Assembly (NCBI GenBank): GCA_045863335.1
Contig: BTVY01000021.1
Span: forward strand, 43,426 to 107,425
Source: Candidatus Hydrogenedentota bacterium
GTDB taxonomy: Bacteria > Hydrogenedentota > Hydrogenedentia > Hydrogenedentales > SLHB01
Direction of reading: 5' to 3'
DNA: 64,000 bases
A program made the translations under genes and the position numbers. Below the pieces are notes generated by a model. That model worked only from the letters and a program-made list of their open reading frames with translations, was not told the origin of the DNA and did no database searches. Position 1 is the first letter of the stretch; each line of letters starts with the position of its first letter. Positions 20,861-31,776 of this stretch are shown here, one piece after another.

Positions 20861-21985
20861 TCAAACGGATACTTCGCGCTCGATGCCGAGGAACACGGTC
20901 ACTTCGCCGGCATCGGCTTCAAAGGTGGCTTTCGCGTCGGAGAATCCGACCGCCAGGCTGAGTAGATACGCCACGGCGTTCGTCTCGGGCACGGCGACCA
21001 TGCCTTCGCGGAGAAACCCGACGTCATGGGCGTCGCCGAAGGCTTTCGCTTTCGTTGCGAAGGCGGACAGGTGCGCGTCGCAATGGGGGTTGTTCCACGA
21101 CCATTCCCACTCCATGCGCTCGGGATGAAAAGACCCGAGAATCTGCGCGCGGAAAGCGCGGCGGGAGCCGTCGTCATACATCAGGTGCAGCAGGGCGTCG
21201 TCCTGGTGGTACTCCCATTCAACGATTCGATCCGCTGCGGCCTCTTCGATCCAATGCTCCTGCCGAACTGCGAACATGGCGGAGGCTTTCACCATACGCT
21301 CCATAACCTCATCCGCGATGTCCTGATCGAACAGACTGGGCTGGCCAGCCGCACCGTTCCCGGATGCGGCGTCCGCGGCAAGAGGTTTGCCTTCTTCAAA
21401 GACCACCCAACCTCCGTTGCGGCGTACCAGCAGGGACTGGGTGAGCGCGTGATTGTCTGCCGCGGCAAATTCCTCCGCCGTATGATGGCGCATGAGCTGA
21501 AGTCCCTCGTCCGACTCGCTGCCGGTGATGAGGAGCACATGGCGGGCGGGCACAGCGACGACAATTTCTCCTGGAACCTTGCCCTCGAGCTTCTGCCAGA
21601 ATTCGTCCAGCAAGAGAACGCATGCCTCCAGATCTTCGCCAACAACGACCTGTAGCAATGGCGGTTCTCCAGCCCTCCGAATCTCTTGGATTTGATGTCT
21701 CAGATTGTTGATTGCGAGGTCGCGCAAGTCCATCACGTTCAACTCTAGGCGCTGCATGTCGTGCGCCATGACCGACTGGAAGGCCTCCGGGAGATCAAAG
21801 GCATAGGTAATCAGCAGGTCTGCGATGAAAGGTTCGGTGTGCGGCCACTGCTCCCGTGGGACGTGTGCGGCCAAGGCCTCAAGGAAGGCCACGTTCTTGA
21901 TGCGCGGCACGATGGTTGACGCGTCCGGTTTATCCGGCACACCCTCGGTTTGCGGTTGCTTCTTGAAACGGTCGAACAGTCCCAT
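20861..21985 (-). CDS. Two-domain protein (DUF1444-like plus DUF6882-like)
   Basis: IVPRIK...LLITYAFD...AINNL...VAVPARH N-terminal domain; AQILGSF...WEWSWNNP C-terminal domain. Confidence 0.65.
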   Translation of the reverse strand: MGLFDRFKKQPQTEGVPDKPDASTIVPRIKNVAFLEALAAHVPREQWPHTEPFIADLLITYAFDLPEAFQSVMAHDMQRLELNVMDLRDLAINNLRHQIQEIRRAGEPPLLQVVVGEDLEACVLLLDEFWQKLEGKVPGEIVVAVPARHVLLITGSESDEGLQLMRHHTAEEFAAADNHALTQSLLVRRNGGWVVFEEGKPLAADAASGNGAAGQPSLFDQDIADEVMERMVKASAMFAVRQEHWIEEAAADRIVEWEYHQDDALLHLMYDDGSRRAFRAQILGSFHPERMEWEWSWNNPHCDAHLSAFATKAKAFGDAHDVGFLREGMVAVPETNAVAYLLSLAVGFSDAKATFEADAGEVTVFLGIEREVSV

Positions 21986-22105
21986 GGCACATCCCTTCCC
22001 GTTCTGGTTGCGTTCCGTGTCGCCTTGCAGAGCACACTACGTGAACGCGATGCGCGCCCACGGCTGAAACACTTCGACGGGGACTACGCTGTTCGCCGAT
22101 CTCGT

Positions 22106-23539
22106 CTAAGGAAACCCTACCGGCCGGACGTTCTTTCCTTCGACGCCCGTACGCGCGTCGCCGAGATCCGCGCGCATGCGGTCGAGCAACCCGTGGAGCC
22201 GCTCCGCGATTTCGGGATGGTCGCGCAAGACCGACTTCTGTTCGCCCGGATCCGTGGGAAGATGGTACAAGCCTTCCGGCAGATACGCCTCGGGGCCTTT
22301 GTACCCCCGATACACCAACTCTTCGCTCAGCGGCGTCTCTAGTTTCAGTTTCCACTCCCCGCTGCGCACCGCCATGAGATCGTTTCGCGAGTAGAAGTAG
22401 AACGCGTCATGGGGACTCGTCGCGCCGGGTTCGCCAGCCATGAGGGGATAGATGTCCTTGCCGTCGATGATTCGGTCGTCGGGCGCGGACGTCCCCGCGA
22501 GCTTGGCGAAAGTCGGCAGCAGATCGATCGTGCTGGCCACCTCAGAACAGGTCGTACCCGCAGGGATATGCCCCGGCCACCGCATGATGCAGGGCACGCG
22601 CATGCCCCCATCCCAAGTCGTGCCTTTTCCGTTGCGCAATGGCGTCGCGGAGCCGCCATTTTCCGCATGACTAAGCCAGGGTCCATTGTCGGAAGTGAAC
22701 ACAACGATGGTGTTGTCGTCGATCTCGAGTTCCTTCAGCGTGTCGAGGATTTGACCGACCCCCCAGTCGATGGTTTCGATGACGTCGCCGTAGAGACCAC
22801 GCTCCGACTGGCCTTCAAACTTCTCCGACACGTACAGCGGGATGTGCGGCATGTTGTGGGCGAGATAGACGAAGAACGGCTCGTCCTTGTGCTCGCGAAT
22901 GAACTTCACCGTTTCTTCCGTATACCGCTCCGTGAGGGTTTCCTGAACTGCGGGTTCTTCGATCGTCTCTTCCATCCGCATCAAGGGACAGGGCACCATG
23001 TCGTTGCTGTAGGGAATGCCGTAGTAGTAGTCGAACCCGTGCCGGGTCGGCAGGAAGGGCGGCAGATGGCCGAGGTGCCACTTGCCGACGCAGGCCGTCG
23101 CGTAGCCCTGCGTCTTCAACAGTTCGGGCAACAGGATCTCGTCGCGGTTGATACCGCATTCGGAATCGGGAAACAACACCCAACCCATGCGGCCTTCCGA
23201 ACGCGGTGTTTGGCCCATGCTCACCCGCTGCGGGTAGCAACCGGTCATCAATGCCGCGCGCGACGGCGTACACACCGGCGCGGCCACGTAGAAGTCGGTG
23301 AATTTCATTCCTTCGGCGGCCATGCGATCGAGGTTCGGCGTTTTGATATTCGGCGATCCGAAGCAACCGACATCGTTATAGCCCTGGTCGTCTGTGAAGA
23401 CGATGATGATGTTTGGCGGGCGTTCGCCTGCCTGCGCCGAAGCGCCTAGGGTTCGGCACGCGCTTAGCACGGACGTGCCCGCGATAGTCGCGGCGGTGTG
23501 CGTCAGGAACTGCCGGCGCGTGGATTGTGCATCGTGCAT
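22106..23539 (-). CDS. Tat-exported sulfatase (arylsulfatase family)
   Basis: TRRQFL signal, DDQGY, CTPSRAALMTG, GKWHLG, SDNG. Confidence 0.93.
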   Translation of the reverse strand: MHDAQSTRRQFLTHTAATIAGTSVLSACRTLGASAQAGERPPNIIIVFTDDQGYNDVGCFGSPNIKTPNLDRMAAEGMKFTDFYVAAPVCTPSRAALMTGCYPQRVSMGQTPRSEGRMGWVLFPDSECGINRDEILLPELLKTQGYATACVGKWHLGHLPPFLPTRHGFDYYYGIPYSNDMVPCPLMRMEETIEEPAVQETLTERYTEETVKFIREHKDEPFFVYLAHNMPHIPLYVSEKFEGQSERGLYGDVIETIDWGVGQILDTLKELEIDDNTIVVFTSDNGPWLSHAENGGSATPLRNGKGTTWDGGMRVPCIMRWPGHIPAGTTCSEVASTIDLLPTFAKLAGTSAPDDRIIDGKDIYPLMAGEPGATSPHDAFYFYSRNDLMAVRSGEWKLKLETPLSEELVYRGYKGPEAYLPEGLYHLPTDPGEQKSVLRDHPEIAERLHGLLDRMRADLGDARTGVEGKNVRPVGFP

Positions 23540-23561
23540 CGAGTGTCCTCCGTCCGAGGTG

Positions 23562-23656
23562 CCATGGGCATCCTGCCCATGTCTTCGAGGTGTCATGGCC
23601 TTCCAGGCCATGGTGGGCATCCTGCCCACGGTACACGGGCGGGACGCCCGTGCTCC
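23562..23656. repeat. REP/BIME-like cluster of short palindromes
   Basis: TGGGCATCCTGCCCA twice, CACGGGCGGGACGCCCGTG and ATGGCCTTCCAGGCCAT in the divergent intergenic region. Confidence 0.7.
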
Positions 23657-23796
23657 TTGAGGGGATAGTACCAAGTGGCTGAATGCGATGCCACGCGGGG
23701 GCTTTGCCATTCTGTGTCCTGAACCGCCATAATGCGGGTTCGGAGTGGCTTGCCGCTCCACTCAAACTGCATTCAATGAACCAGGGGAAGATCAGC

Positions 23797-25068
23797 ATGA
23801 AACCCAAGTCCGACGTATCACGACGTAACTTCATCCAGACCGCCGGAGTGGCGGCAGGCGCGGCCGCGCTGAGCGCGAAGAGCTATGCCCAAGCCGCTGG
23901 AGCCAATGACCGCCTGAACGTGGCGTTCATCGGCTGCGGTGGCATGGCGGGCGCGCACCTGGGCGCGTTGCTGGCCATGCGGGAAGAGGAGAATCTCGGA
24001 TTCCTCGGTGTGTGCGACGTGTATCGTGACCGGGCGCAAGGGTTCCACGACAAGATCAAGGAAGCGGGCGGCGGCGATCCCATCGTCACGCAGGACTATC
24101 GCGAGATCCTCGGTATGGCCGACGTGGACTACGTCGTCATCGCGACGCCGGAGCATTCGCACGCGTACCTGTCGCTGGCGGCGATGAATGCGGGCAAGCA
24201 TGTCTATTGCGAAAAGCCCATGACCCACAACGTGGATGATGCGTTCGACGTCGTGGAAAAAGCGAAGGAGACGGGCCTCAAGTTTCAGGTCGGCGTGCAG
24301 GCCTTGGCCGACGACAGTTATTCGAGCGCGTACGAAGCCATCAAGGCGGGTAAGATCGGTCAGGTCGTCGAAGCGCAGATCGATTATGTGCGCCGGTATG
24401 CGAAGGACGAGGGTCCGTGGCGTCGCGGTATCGCGGACGACATGCCGAAACCGGAGGACCTCGATTGGGAAGCCTGGGTCGATCCCTACCGGCGCCGCCC
24501 GTGGAACCCGCACCACTACTTCGAATGGCGCAACTATCGCGACTACTCCGGCGGCGTGGCGACGGACCTGTTCATCCACCGGATCACGCGCCTCATCAAA
24601 GCGACCGGTGTCACGTTCCCGGCGCGCGGGGTCGGCATGGGCGGAATTTACATGTGGCCCGACGGGCGCGATCTTCCCGACAACTTCGAAATGTTGTTGG
24701 AGTATCCCGCGGTGCCGGGCATCAGCACCGGAATGACGATGCGCCTGCTGGGTACCATGTCCAATCAACATGGCGCGGAACATTGCATACGCGGGTACGA
24801 TGGCACGCTCATCTTCAATTCCAAGGGATGGGAGATTGTCAGCCAGAAAGACGGCAAGGTCGTCGAGACCCATGAGAAGACCGGCGGCGAAGACGTGGTG
24901 CCCCATCATAAGAATCATCACGCGGCGATCCGCCACGGCGCGGAGCTAAACTGCCCGCCGGAGTTGGGACTCTACGGCGTCGTGGCCGTGCGCATGGGGA
25001 ACCTGTCCTGGTTCAAACGCCGCATGATGGAATGGAACGACCGTAAGCGGAAGATCGTACCTGCGTAG
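23797..25068 (+). CDS. Tat-exported Gfo/Idh/MocA oxidoreductase
   Basis: SRRNFI, IGCGGM, IATPEH.H, HVYCEKP, WRNYRDYSGG. Confidence 0.92.
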   Translation: MKPKSDVSRRNFIQTAGVAAGAAALSAKSYAQAAGANDRLNVAFIGCGGMAGAHLGALLAMREEENLGFLGVCDVYRDRAQGFHDKIKEAGGGDPIVTQDYREILGMADVDYVVIATPEHSHAYLSLAAMNAGKHVYCEKPMTHNVDDAFDVVEKAKETGLKFQVGVQALADDSYSSAYEAIKAGKIGQVVEAQIDYVRRYAKDEGPWRRGIADDMPKPEDLDWEAWVDPYRRRPWNPHHYFEWRNYRDYSGGVATDLFIHRITRLIKATGVTFPARGVGMGGIYMWPDGRDLPDNFEMLLEYPAVPGISTGMTMRLLGTMSNQHGAEHCIRGYDGTLIFNSKGWEIVSQKDGKVVETHEKTGGEDVVPHHKNHHAAIRHGAELNCPPELGLYGVVAVRMGNLSWFKRRMMEWNDRKRKIVPA

Positions 25069-25074
25069 AACCGA

Positions 25075-26265
25075 TCAGCCGCCGTCGCAAAGACGGGGCA
25101 AGGCTTCGACATGCTTGCGTACGTCGATCATGAAATTGGCGGCGGCCACCCCGTTGATCACGCGGTGATCGAAGGTCATGGTCATATGCGTGGCCCGGCG
25201 GGTTTGTAGTTCGCCGTCGGGACCCGCCTCGACGACGGTATGCGGCGCACCGAGAAAGATGGTCGCTACGGAAGGCGGCACGACGACGGGCACGGCAGTG
25301 TACACGCCGAACGCCTCCATGCTCGAAAAGGCCACGTGCACCACCGATTCGTTCGCCTGATCGCGCCCAACTCGTGCTTCCGCGATCCGGGTGCGGGCGG
25401 TTTTCACGAATTCCGGGAACGTCAAGGTATCCGCCTCCGCGACGACCGCGGTTGTCAGTTCATCCTCCGGCAGCGCCACCGCGATACCGATGTTGGTATG
25501 GCGATAGAGCCGCACGGAATTTACATCGAGCACGACAGACCGGAACTTGGAGTGGTGGGCAATGGCCTGTACGATGCACCATGCGACCAACAGAGAGCGT
25601 GAAGGGACACCGTCGAACGAATCGGCATGCGATTTGAACCACTCGTGCGCGGTCTCGATGGGCGTCCACGGCACCTCCACTTCGATCGTCCCCGGCACGA
25701 CTTGTTGTTGCGCGCGGGTCAGGCGATAGAAGAGCGTGCGCTGCCGCGACGACATGGCCACGTCTTCAAACTCCGCCGCATGGTGTTCCGCATCGTCTTC
25801 GTTTCGCTCCGCGAGGTACGCGTCGATATCGTCGGGGAGCAGCCGTTTCCCGGCGGCGGGTACGGTTTGGAGTTCCTCATCGGAAAGCCCGAGCTTTCGC
25901 GCGTAGACCCGCGTGCGCGGGGGGATGACGTTACGCACGCGCGATCCCGCTGCGTTTACGGTTCGTTTGGGCGAATCTACGTTGGCCTGTTCAGACGCAA
26001 TGGCATTCGCCAGGTCGACGGGATCGTTCGTTTCAATGGTGGCCACCACGTCGCCGATCCCCACGATTGCGTCAATCTCGACCGACCACGCGTCGAGCGT
26101 GCCGGCGCAGGGCGACTCCACCTCGGTGACCGCCTTGTCGGTTTCCATTTCATAGACGGGCTCGTCGCGAGCGATCGTGTCACCCGGCTTCTTCAACAGG
26201 CGCACGATACGCGCTTCCTGCAAGCCCTCGCCCAGTTGGGGCACCCGCATCTGGTACTTCGCCAT
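25075..26265 (-). CDS. 2-oxoacid dehydrogenase E2 (dihydrolipoamide acyltransferase)
   Basis: Lipoyl motif ETDKA; catalytic TFDHRVING. Confidence 0.88.
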   Translation of the reverse strand: MAKYQMRVPQLGEGLQEARIVRLLKKPGDTIARDEPVYEMETDKAVTEVESPCAGTLDAWSVEIDAIVGIGDVVATIETNDPVDLANAIASEQANVDSPKRTVNAAGSRVRNVIPPRTRVYARKLGLSDEELQTVPAAGKRLLPDDIDAYLAERNEDDAEHHAAEFEDVAMSSRQRTLFYRLTRAQQQVVPGTIEVEVPWTPIETAHEWFKSHADSFDGVPSRSLLVAWCIVQAIAHHSKFRSVVLDVNSVRLYRHTNIGIAVALPEDELTTAVVAEADTLTFPEFVKTARTRIAEARVGRDQANESVVHVAFSSMEAFGVYTAVPVVVPPSVATIFLGAPHTVVEAGPDGELQTRRATHMTMTFDHRVINGVAAANFMIDVRKHVEALPRLCDGG

Positions 26266-26272
26266 CCCGCCG

Positions 26273-28261
26273 TTACTCCATCGTCTCGCGGATCGCCGCC
26301 AATACCCGCGGCACATCCGGCAGCGCGGCATATTCTAGAGCCGGATGATACGGCATGGGAATGTCCGCGCGCGCGACCAGTTGCGGAGGCGCGAGGAAGA
26401 GGTCCCAGCGGGACGGGTCGGACGTCATCTCGGCGATGATGGCCTGGCCGAACCCGGTGGTGCGGGTATCTTCATGGACAACGACCAAGCGTCCCGTCTT
26501 CTCGAGGCTTCGCGCGATGCACTGCCAGTCGCATGGCACGACGGTGCGGAGATCGATGACTTCACAGTCGACGCCTTCGGCCTCCGCCTGCTGCGCCGCC
26601 TCCAACAAGACCTCCATGCAATTTCCGTAGCTCACGAGTGTCACGTCTCCACCGGCGCGGCGAACGGCAGCCTTGCCAAACGGTAGACCGTCGAGTGCCT
26701 CTCCTACTGCCACGCGCTGCCGGAAGATATGCTTCGGCAACAGAATCATCGAAGGATCGTCGCCATGGATCGCGCTCCACAGCAGACCCGCCGCGTCCTC
26801 GGGCGTACTGGGAATAGCGATTCGAATGCCCGGGATATGCGCCAACAAGCCTTCATTGCTCTGGCTATGCCACAGGGCACCGCCCGGCAAATAGGCGCCA
26901 TACGTTGCGATGATCGTCAAGGGGCAAGACCACGCCCCGTTCGAGCGCCAGCGCAAACAGGACGCGTGACTCATGAGCTGGTTTAAGGCGGGCGGCAGGA
27001 AGTCGATGAACTGCAATTCAAACACGGGCCGCATGCCCGCCGCGGCCATGCCGACGCCGGCACCGGCAATCGTTGCTTCGGCCAGCGGCGAATTGACGAC
27101 ACGACCCGGGAACTCCGTCGAGAGTCCCTTGGTCAACCCGAAGACCCCCCCGCGCGGGTCCGCGATATCTTCGCCGAAGAGTTGCACGCGCGCATCCGAC
27201 GACAAGGCCGCGCGCAAGGTCTCGTTGACGGCCGCGACCATGGTCGTTTCCTTACCCAGGCGTACCGGCAAAGCGGGGCTGGACGCGGACGGCCCAAAGA
27301 CATGCGTCTCGATGGTTCTGGGATCAGGTTCACTTGCGCGCTCGGCGCGTTGATAGTCGTCATCCACCTGCGCGACGATTTCCGCCTGAGACGTTTCCCA
27401 CGCTCCGGCAGAAATCAGCCCTTTCTCGATGCAATGCCTGGCAAGTTGGTCAATCGGATCGCGGCGCGACATGGCTTCGATTTCGTCAGCGGGCCGGTAT
27501 ACGCGATGGTCGTCGGACGACGTATGCGAACACAGCCGGTCCAATTCACACCACAACACGGTGGGGCCTTCTCCGGACCGCGCCCGCCGAACGGCAGCGC
27601 CGCCGGCCTGAAAGACGGCAAGGGGATCGCGACCGTCCACGGGCATTACATGCGCATCGTTCAATGCGCGCAGCTTATATGGAGTGAGATGCGCCGTGGG
27701 CGTGCTGATGCCGTAGCCATTGTCTTCGACCACGAAAACCACGGGGAGTTGTTCCTGCAACGCAAAGGCCACGGCCTCGTAGTACTCGCCCTGACGCGTC
27801 GCGGCGTCGCCGATCGTGCAAAGCACGACGCCGTCACGCTGGTTCAGCTTGAACGACCACGCGGTACCCACGGCTGGCAAACACTGCGAGCCCGTGGGCG
27901 TTGCGACGCTGAACACGTTGAGCGCGCGGTCGCTGTAGTGGCCCGGCATCATACGGCCGCCCGAACTCGACGCCGCCCGGGCATAGTAGGCGAGCGCCAA
28001 GTCGTAGCTTGAGATGCCCCGCGCCAATGCGAGCGGCCGGTCGCGATAGTATAAATACAGGTAGTCTTCGGGCTTCAGGTGATACGCGAGCGCGGCGAGC
28101 GGCTCATGCCCCATCGCCGAAACCTGGAACCAGCCTTTGCCCTGACGCAATAGCACGCCTTCCCGGCGGTCCCCTTCGCGAGACAGGAACATGAGTTTCA
28201 GGAATTCGACTTCGGGGAGTCTGCGGATCTGTTCGTTCAGAAGTTTGGATTCACTGCTCAC
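26273..28261 (-). CDS. 2-oxoacid dehydrogenase E1, fused alpha/beta subunits
   Basis: TPP motif GDAA...EDNGY, HTSSDD, GEDI, SPLAEATI. Confidence 0.92.
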   Translation of the reverse strand: MSSESKLLNEQIRRLPEVEFLKLMFLSREGDRREGVLLRQGKGWFQVSAMGHEPLAALAYHLKPEDYLYLYYRDRPLALARGISSYDLALAYYARAASSSGGRMMPGHYSDRALNVFSVATPTGSQCLPAVGTAWSFKLNQRDGVVLCTIGDAATRQGEYYEAVAFALQEQLPVVFVVEDNGYGISTPTAHLTPYKLRALNDAHVMPVDGRDPLAVFQAGGAAVRRARSGEGPTVLWCELDRLCSHTSSDDHRVYRPADEIEAMSRRDPIDQLARHCIEKGLISAGAWETSQAEIVAQVDDDYQRAERASEPDPRTIETHVFGPSASSPALPVRLGKETTMVAAVNETLRAALSSDARVQLFGEDIADPRGGVFGLTKGLSTEFPGRVVNSPLAEATIAGAGVGMAAAGMRPVFELQFIDFLPPALNQLMSHASCLRWRSNGAWSCPLTIIATYGAYLPGGALWHSQSNEGLLAHIPGIRIAIPSTPEDAAGLLWSAIHGDDPSMILLPKHIFRQRVAVGEALDGLPFGKAAVRRAGGDVTLVSYGNCMEVLLEAAQQAEAEGVDCEVIDLRTVVPCDWQCIARSLEKTGRLVVVHEDTRTTGFGQAIIAEMTSDPSRWDLFLAPPQLVARADIPMPYHPALEYAALPDVPRVLAAIRETME

Positions 28262-28417
28262 GCGATATCAATCCGTCCCGGTAAAGAATCATCGTTACAC
28301 TACCCGGAAAGACTACTTACGGACGCGCCACTTTTCCAGTATCTTTCCTTCGTTTTCGACCTACCGTACGGTATTGAGTGTTCGCGGCACCCATAGACAT
28401 CCCGACGAACAAAAGGT

Positions 28418-29815
28418 CTACGTCATCGTAGGGGCATACTCTATCAAACGGAAATCTTCCGGCGTGCAGTTCGGCCGCAACCTACCCGTCAATTCACCCG
28501 CCGCGACCAACGCGCGGGTAACCAGTTTCTCCCCCGCGCCGAGTCCTACATAGGTTGCCGTCGTACCGCCGTACCCGCCCGCGGCGGCATCCTTGATCGT
28601 GGGAAAGTAGATATGAAAGTCGTTCGCATAGCCGACGAGCAACGTATCGCGCACGGGTGACTTCGTCTTCAGGTCCAATTGGAACTGCACAAACAATTCA
28701 CCCGGCATGAAGGCGAGGGCAAGATCGTCGTTGATGGTCAACACGGAAAGTGGCACATGCAAGTCGGCTTCCAGATCGTCGAGATACCGGTCGAACATCC
28801 CGCCATACACCGCTCGAAATACTTCCTGATGTTCCGGATCCTGAAAGTCCCACCGCGTACCAACCTCGACCATCTCCTCCCGATAGGCGAGGCGCGGCTG
28901 CGCGACCTCGGAGGCAGTAATCTTGGGCAATGCACTGAGAATTGCGGTCGCGCACTCCTTCCCGACCGCGCGCATGGCATCCACACCGCCATCGCTCAAG
29001 GGCGTCTTGTCGAGGTAAGGATTGATGTCGCCCGCGCCGCCTTGAAGAAACAGGCACGGCGCGCCCGTTTCACGCTCCACCGCGCGATACATCTCGCCGA
29101 CCCAATCGGCGGTGATTTCCCGGTTGTCTGAACCCAGCACCACCGGATGACACGCGAAATGGACGAGTGTGGCAAAGCGCGATCCGTCCGTTCGCTCGAA
29201 CGCGATGATGGTGGCCTCGGCATCTACCGGTGAGGTGGGGATGCGTTCCGCGTTGCGCCAGAGCATGAGGCAGCGTCCATCCTCCGTGAGGACCCGGCGG
29301 TTGTGGCCGATGTCAAACGCAGTATGCCCCACGCCGATTCGCACGGGCTCCAACTGCGCGACGGCGTCGTCGATGCAATCGCCAAGCCGCGCCTCGATCA
29401 CCGTTGCATGAGGGGCGGACTCATCTTCCATCACGGGTCCGCCGTGGGTATGCGATGCCGTGAAGACAACGTGGGTGACGCCTATCGCTGCGGCGCGTTC
29501 GCGAATGCGATCCATGGCAGGTCGCGCTGGCGCCCGGCCGAGGTCCATGGTGACGACCGCAACGGTTGTATCCGCGCCCCGCAACACGATCGCCTGGGCC
29601 TTCAAGGCGTCCAGCGCCCCGGTCGACGGACCAGACCGGTTGCTGTACCCCCACATGGGAACTCCCGGTTCGGGAGTAATATCGCGCACCCCAATTCCTG
29701 CCAACATCGCACCCCCTCCCATTTGCTGCGCGCCTCCCGTATCGGCAGACGCCGCTCCCGCGACCGCGAGCGCTGCAGAAGTCTTAATAAACGTACGACG
29801 CGATACCGTGTTCAT
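28418..29815 (-). CDS. Neutral/alkaline ceramidase-family hydrolase, Tat-exported
   Basis: SRRTFI, ASHTHGGP, FACHP, QGGAGDINP, PGELF. Confidence 0.8.
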   Translation of the reverse strand: MNTVSRRTFIKTSAALAVAGAASADTGGAQQMGGGAMLAGIGVRDITPEPGVPMWGYSNRSGPSTGALDALKAQAIVLRGADTTVAVVTMDLGRAPARPAMDRIRERAAAIGVTHVVFTASHTHGGPVMEDESAPHATVIEARLGDCIDDAVAQLEPVRIGVGHTAFDIGHNRRVLTEDGRCLMLWRNAERIPTSPVDAEATIIAFERTDGSRFATLVHFACHPVVLGSDNREITADWVGEMYRAVERETGAPCLFLQGGAGDINPYLDKTPLSDGGVDAMRAVGKECATAILSALPKITASEVAQPRLAYREEMVEVGTRWDFQDPEHQEVFRAVYGGMFDRYLDDLEADLHVPLSVLTINDDLALAFMPGELFVQFQLDLKTKSPVRDTLLVGYANDFHIYFPTIKDAAAGGYGGTTATYVGLGAGEKLVTRALVAAGELTGRLRPNCTPEDFRLIEYAPTMT

Positions 29816-30004
29816 GGCTTGTCCCTCGCATTCGGCGAATTCTGGACTCCCGGATATTCTACGAAACCTGTCCCACCGTTTCCCAGGGTCACGCGACGGG
29901 TGCTATACTGACGCGCTGCTGCCGGGAGCACGTCCGCAAGCCGTTATCAGAGACGGCAGAGCGACATCGAAATCGGGATTGGAAAGCACTTGCGCTTTCA
30001 GCTT

Positions 30005-30043
30005 CGATCCCGATAGCGATAGCGATCCCGATAGCGATTTCGA
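30005..30043. repeat. CGATNN hexamer tandem repeat
   Basis: cgatcc cgatag cgatag cgatcc cgatag cgattt, intergenic. Confidence 0.7.
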
Positions 30044-30140
30044 GAAACGTGAGTGGTGCAACCGCAGGTGAATGCCGATCACCGTTCCGCCGCGGCGGTG
30101 GCGCTGACCGCTGCTGAGATGAAATCCGGAGGCACGTAGA

Positions 30141-31055
30141 ATGCCGGTAAGCACGTCCGTTCATATTACGCACTGTCTTCAATACATCATCGCGCTCGGG
30201 CCCCGTTCGATCCTGGACATAGGCTGCGGGTTTGGGTTGTGGGGCTTCCTCTGCCGGGAGTACCTCGACGTCATGGAGGAACGGGTCCAACCCGAGGCGT
30301 GGCGAATCCGCATCGACGGCATCGAGTTGTTCGAACCCTACATTCAGTCGCACCAGCGCGCTTTGTACACCAATATCACGATCGGCGATATCCGGGAACT
30401 GGCCCCGAAGGTGGACCAGTACGAACTCATCATCGCGGGAGACGTCATCGAGCACCTGGACAAAGAGGACGGCGAACGGGTCATTGAACAGCTCTACGAG
30501 AGGGCGACTCGCGCGCTGCTCGTGAACATTCCCCTGGGGGACGGCTGGGATCATCCGGAACGGCATGGCAATCCCGGCGAACTGCATCGGAGTCAATGGA
30601 CGCCCGAAGACTTCCTCGCGTACCCAAATATTGCCCAGATGTTTGAGTTGCCGGCAGGGGCCTACGGGAGCTTTTTCTGCCCCAAGGATTGCACGGTCGA
30701 GCAACGTGTGGAGGGATTGCTCCAGGCTGCGGATTACGCCCGTTCGTCGGGGCATGTGGAGAAAGCGCTCGGGCTGTTGCAGCAAGGGCGCGAGCTGGAT
30801 CCGAAGCATCGCGACACGATTCTGTTCTTGTCGGATACCTTGCTCGCGGCGGCAAGGTATCCCGAGGCCGTACACGTTCTGGAAGAAGCGGTGCAACGCG
30901 ACCGCGAATTCCATTTTGCCTTCCTCGCCCTGGCCCGCATTCTGAAGATTCTGGGACGAACCGATGAGGCCCGTTTTTACGCGCAGTCGTTAATCGACAA
31001 CTCCGTCGTGGGAGAGGACGTGCACAGGCAGGCGCGTGCCGTGCTGGAGTCGTAA
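30141..31055 (+). CDS. Class I SAM methyltransferase with C-terminal TPR repeats
   Basis: LDIGCGFG, DVIEHL; TPR-like helices. Confidence 0.85.
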   Translation: MPVSTSVHITHCLQYIIALGPRSILDIGCGFGLWGFLCREYLDVMEERVQPEAWRIRIDGIELFEPYIQSHQRALYTNITIGDIRELAPKVDQYELIIAGDVIEHLDKEDGERVIEQLYERATRALLVNIPLGDGWDHPERHGNPGELHRSQWTPEDFLAYPNIAQMFELPAGAYGSFFCPKDCTVEQRVEGLLQAADYARSSGHVEKALGLLQQGRELDPKHRDTILFLSDTLLAAARYPEAVHVLEEAVQRDREFHFAFLALARILKILGRTDEARFYAQSLIDNSVVGEDVHRQARAVLES

Positions 31056-31056
31056 A

Positions 31057-31731
31057 TCATCCGTCGCGAGCGACCCAATCACCGATGGCGCGAACGGCAT
31101 CGCCGGGGATGGTATGTCCCTCCTCGTGCCTGAAGCGCTCCACGGTATATCCCCTTTCGGTCAACTCCGATTCCGCCTCCTCCGCCTTTTCGACCGGTAC
31201 CAACGGATCGTTGTCGCCGTGCACGAGCAGTACGCGGAATGGAGTGGCCGTCCCGAGTGGGTCTCGCACGTCGCTCGGCAGATCCGCTCCGCACGCGATA
31301 ACGCCACGAACCGGGACCGCGCCCGAAACGGCGAGCCGGTATGCCATGGCGCCGCCCTGGCTGAACCCGAGAACGTAGATGCGGTTGTGGTCGAACGATT
31401 CTCGCTCCCGTAGCTGCGCAATCAGCCGGGTCATGTACCCGATGAAATCGCGAATGGAGTTTTCCTTCTCGTACATGGTCAGCCAGTTGCACCCGACCTT
31501 CTTGGGGTCGAGTTGCATGTAGATCTGGTGAGGCCCCTGCGGCGCGGCGAGCAAGATGCCCTGTTCCCGGATCGACGCCGGGGATCGAGCGAATCCCTTG
31601 CACTTCTGCCCGTAGCCGTGCAAGGCTATGAGTAGCGGCGGCGCCGATGATGAGGCGGGGTCCGGACGCAACACGGAATAATACACAGTGAAGTCAATAG
31701 CCAGAGGCTCAACATTGATGTCGGGTATCAC
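31057..31731 (-). CDS. Phospholipase/carboxylesterase (alpha/beta hydrolase)
   Basis: LHGYG, GFSQGG, HGDNDP.VP, GH; start uncertain. Confidence 0.85.
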   Translation of the reverse strand: MIPDINVEPLAIDFTVYYSVLRPDPASSSAPPLLIALHGYGQKCKGFARSPASIREQGILLAAPQGPHQIYMQLDPKKVGCNWLTMYEKENSIRDFIGYMTRLIAQLRERESFDHNRIYVLGFSQGGAMAYRLAVSGAVPVRGVIACGADLPSDVRDPLGTATPFRVLLVHGDNDPLVPVEKAEEAESELTERGYTVERFRHEEGHTIPGDAVRAIGDWVARDG

Positions 31732-31776
31732 GCGGTATTCACTCCGAAAGTTAATGCTTGGGGGAGTCCCGTTGCC

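Noticed and set aside
25075-28261. Missing E3 and the DHRVING motif as signs of a novel complex
   Set aside because: E3 is commonly encoded elsewhere, and Asn at this position occurs in functional E2 enzymes
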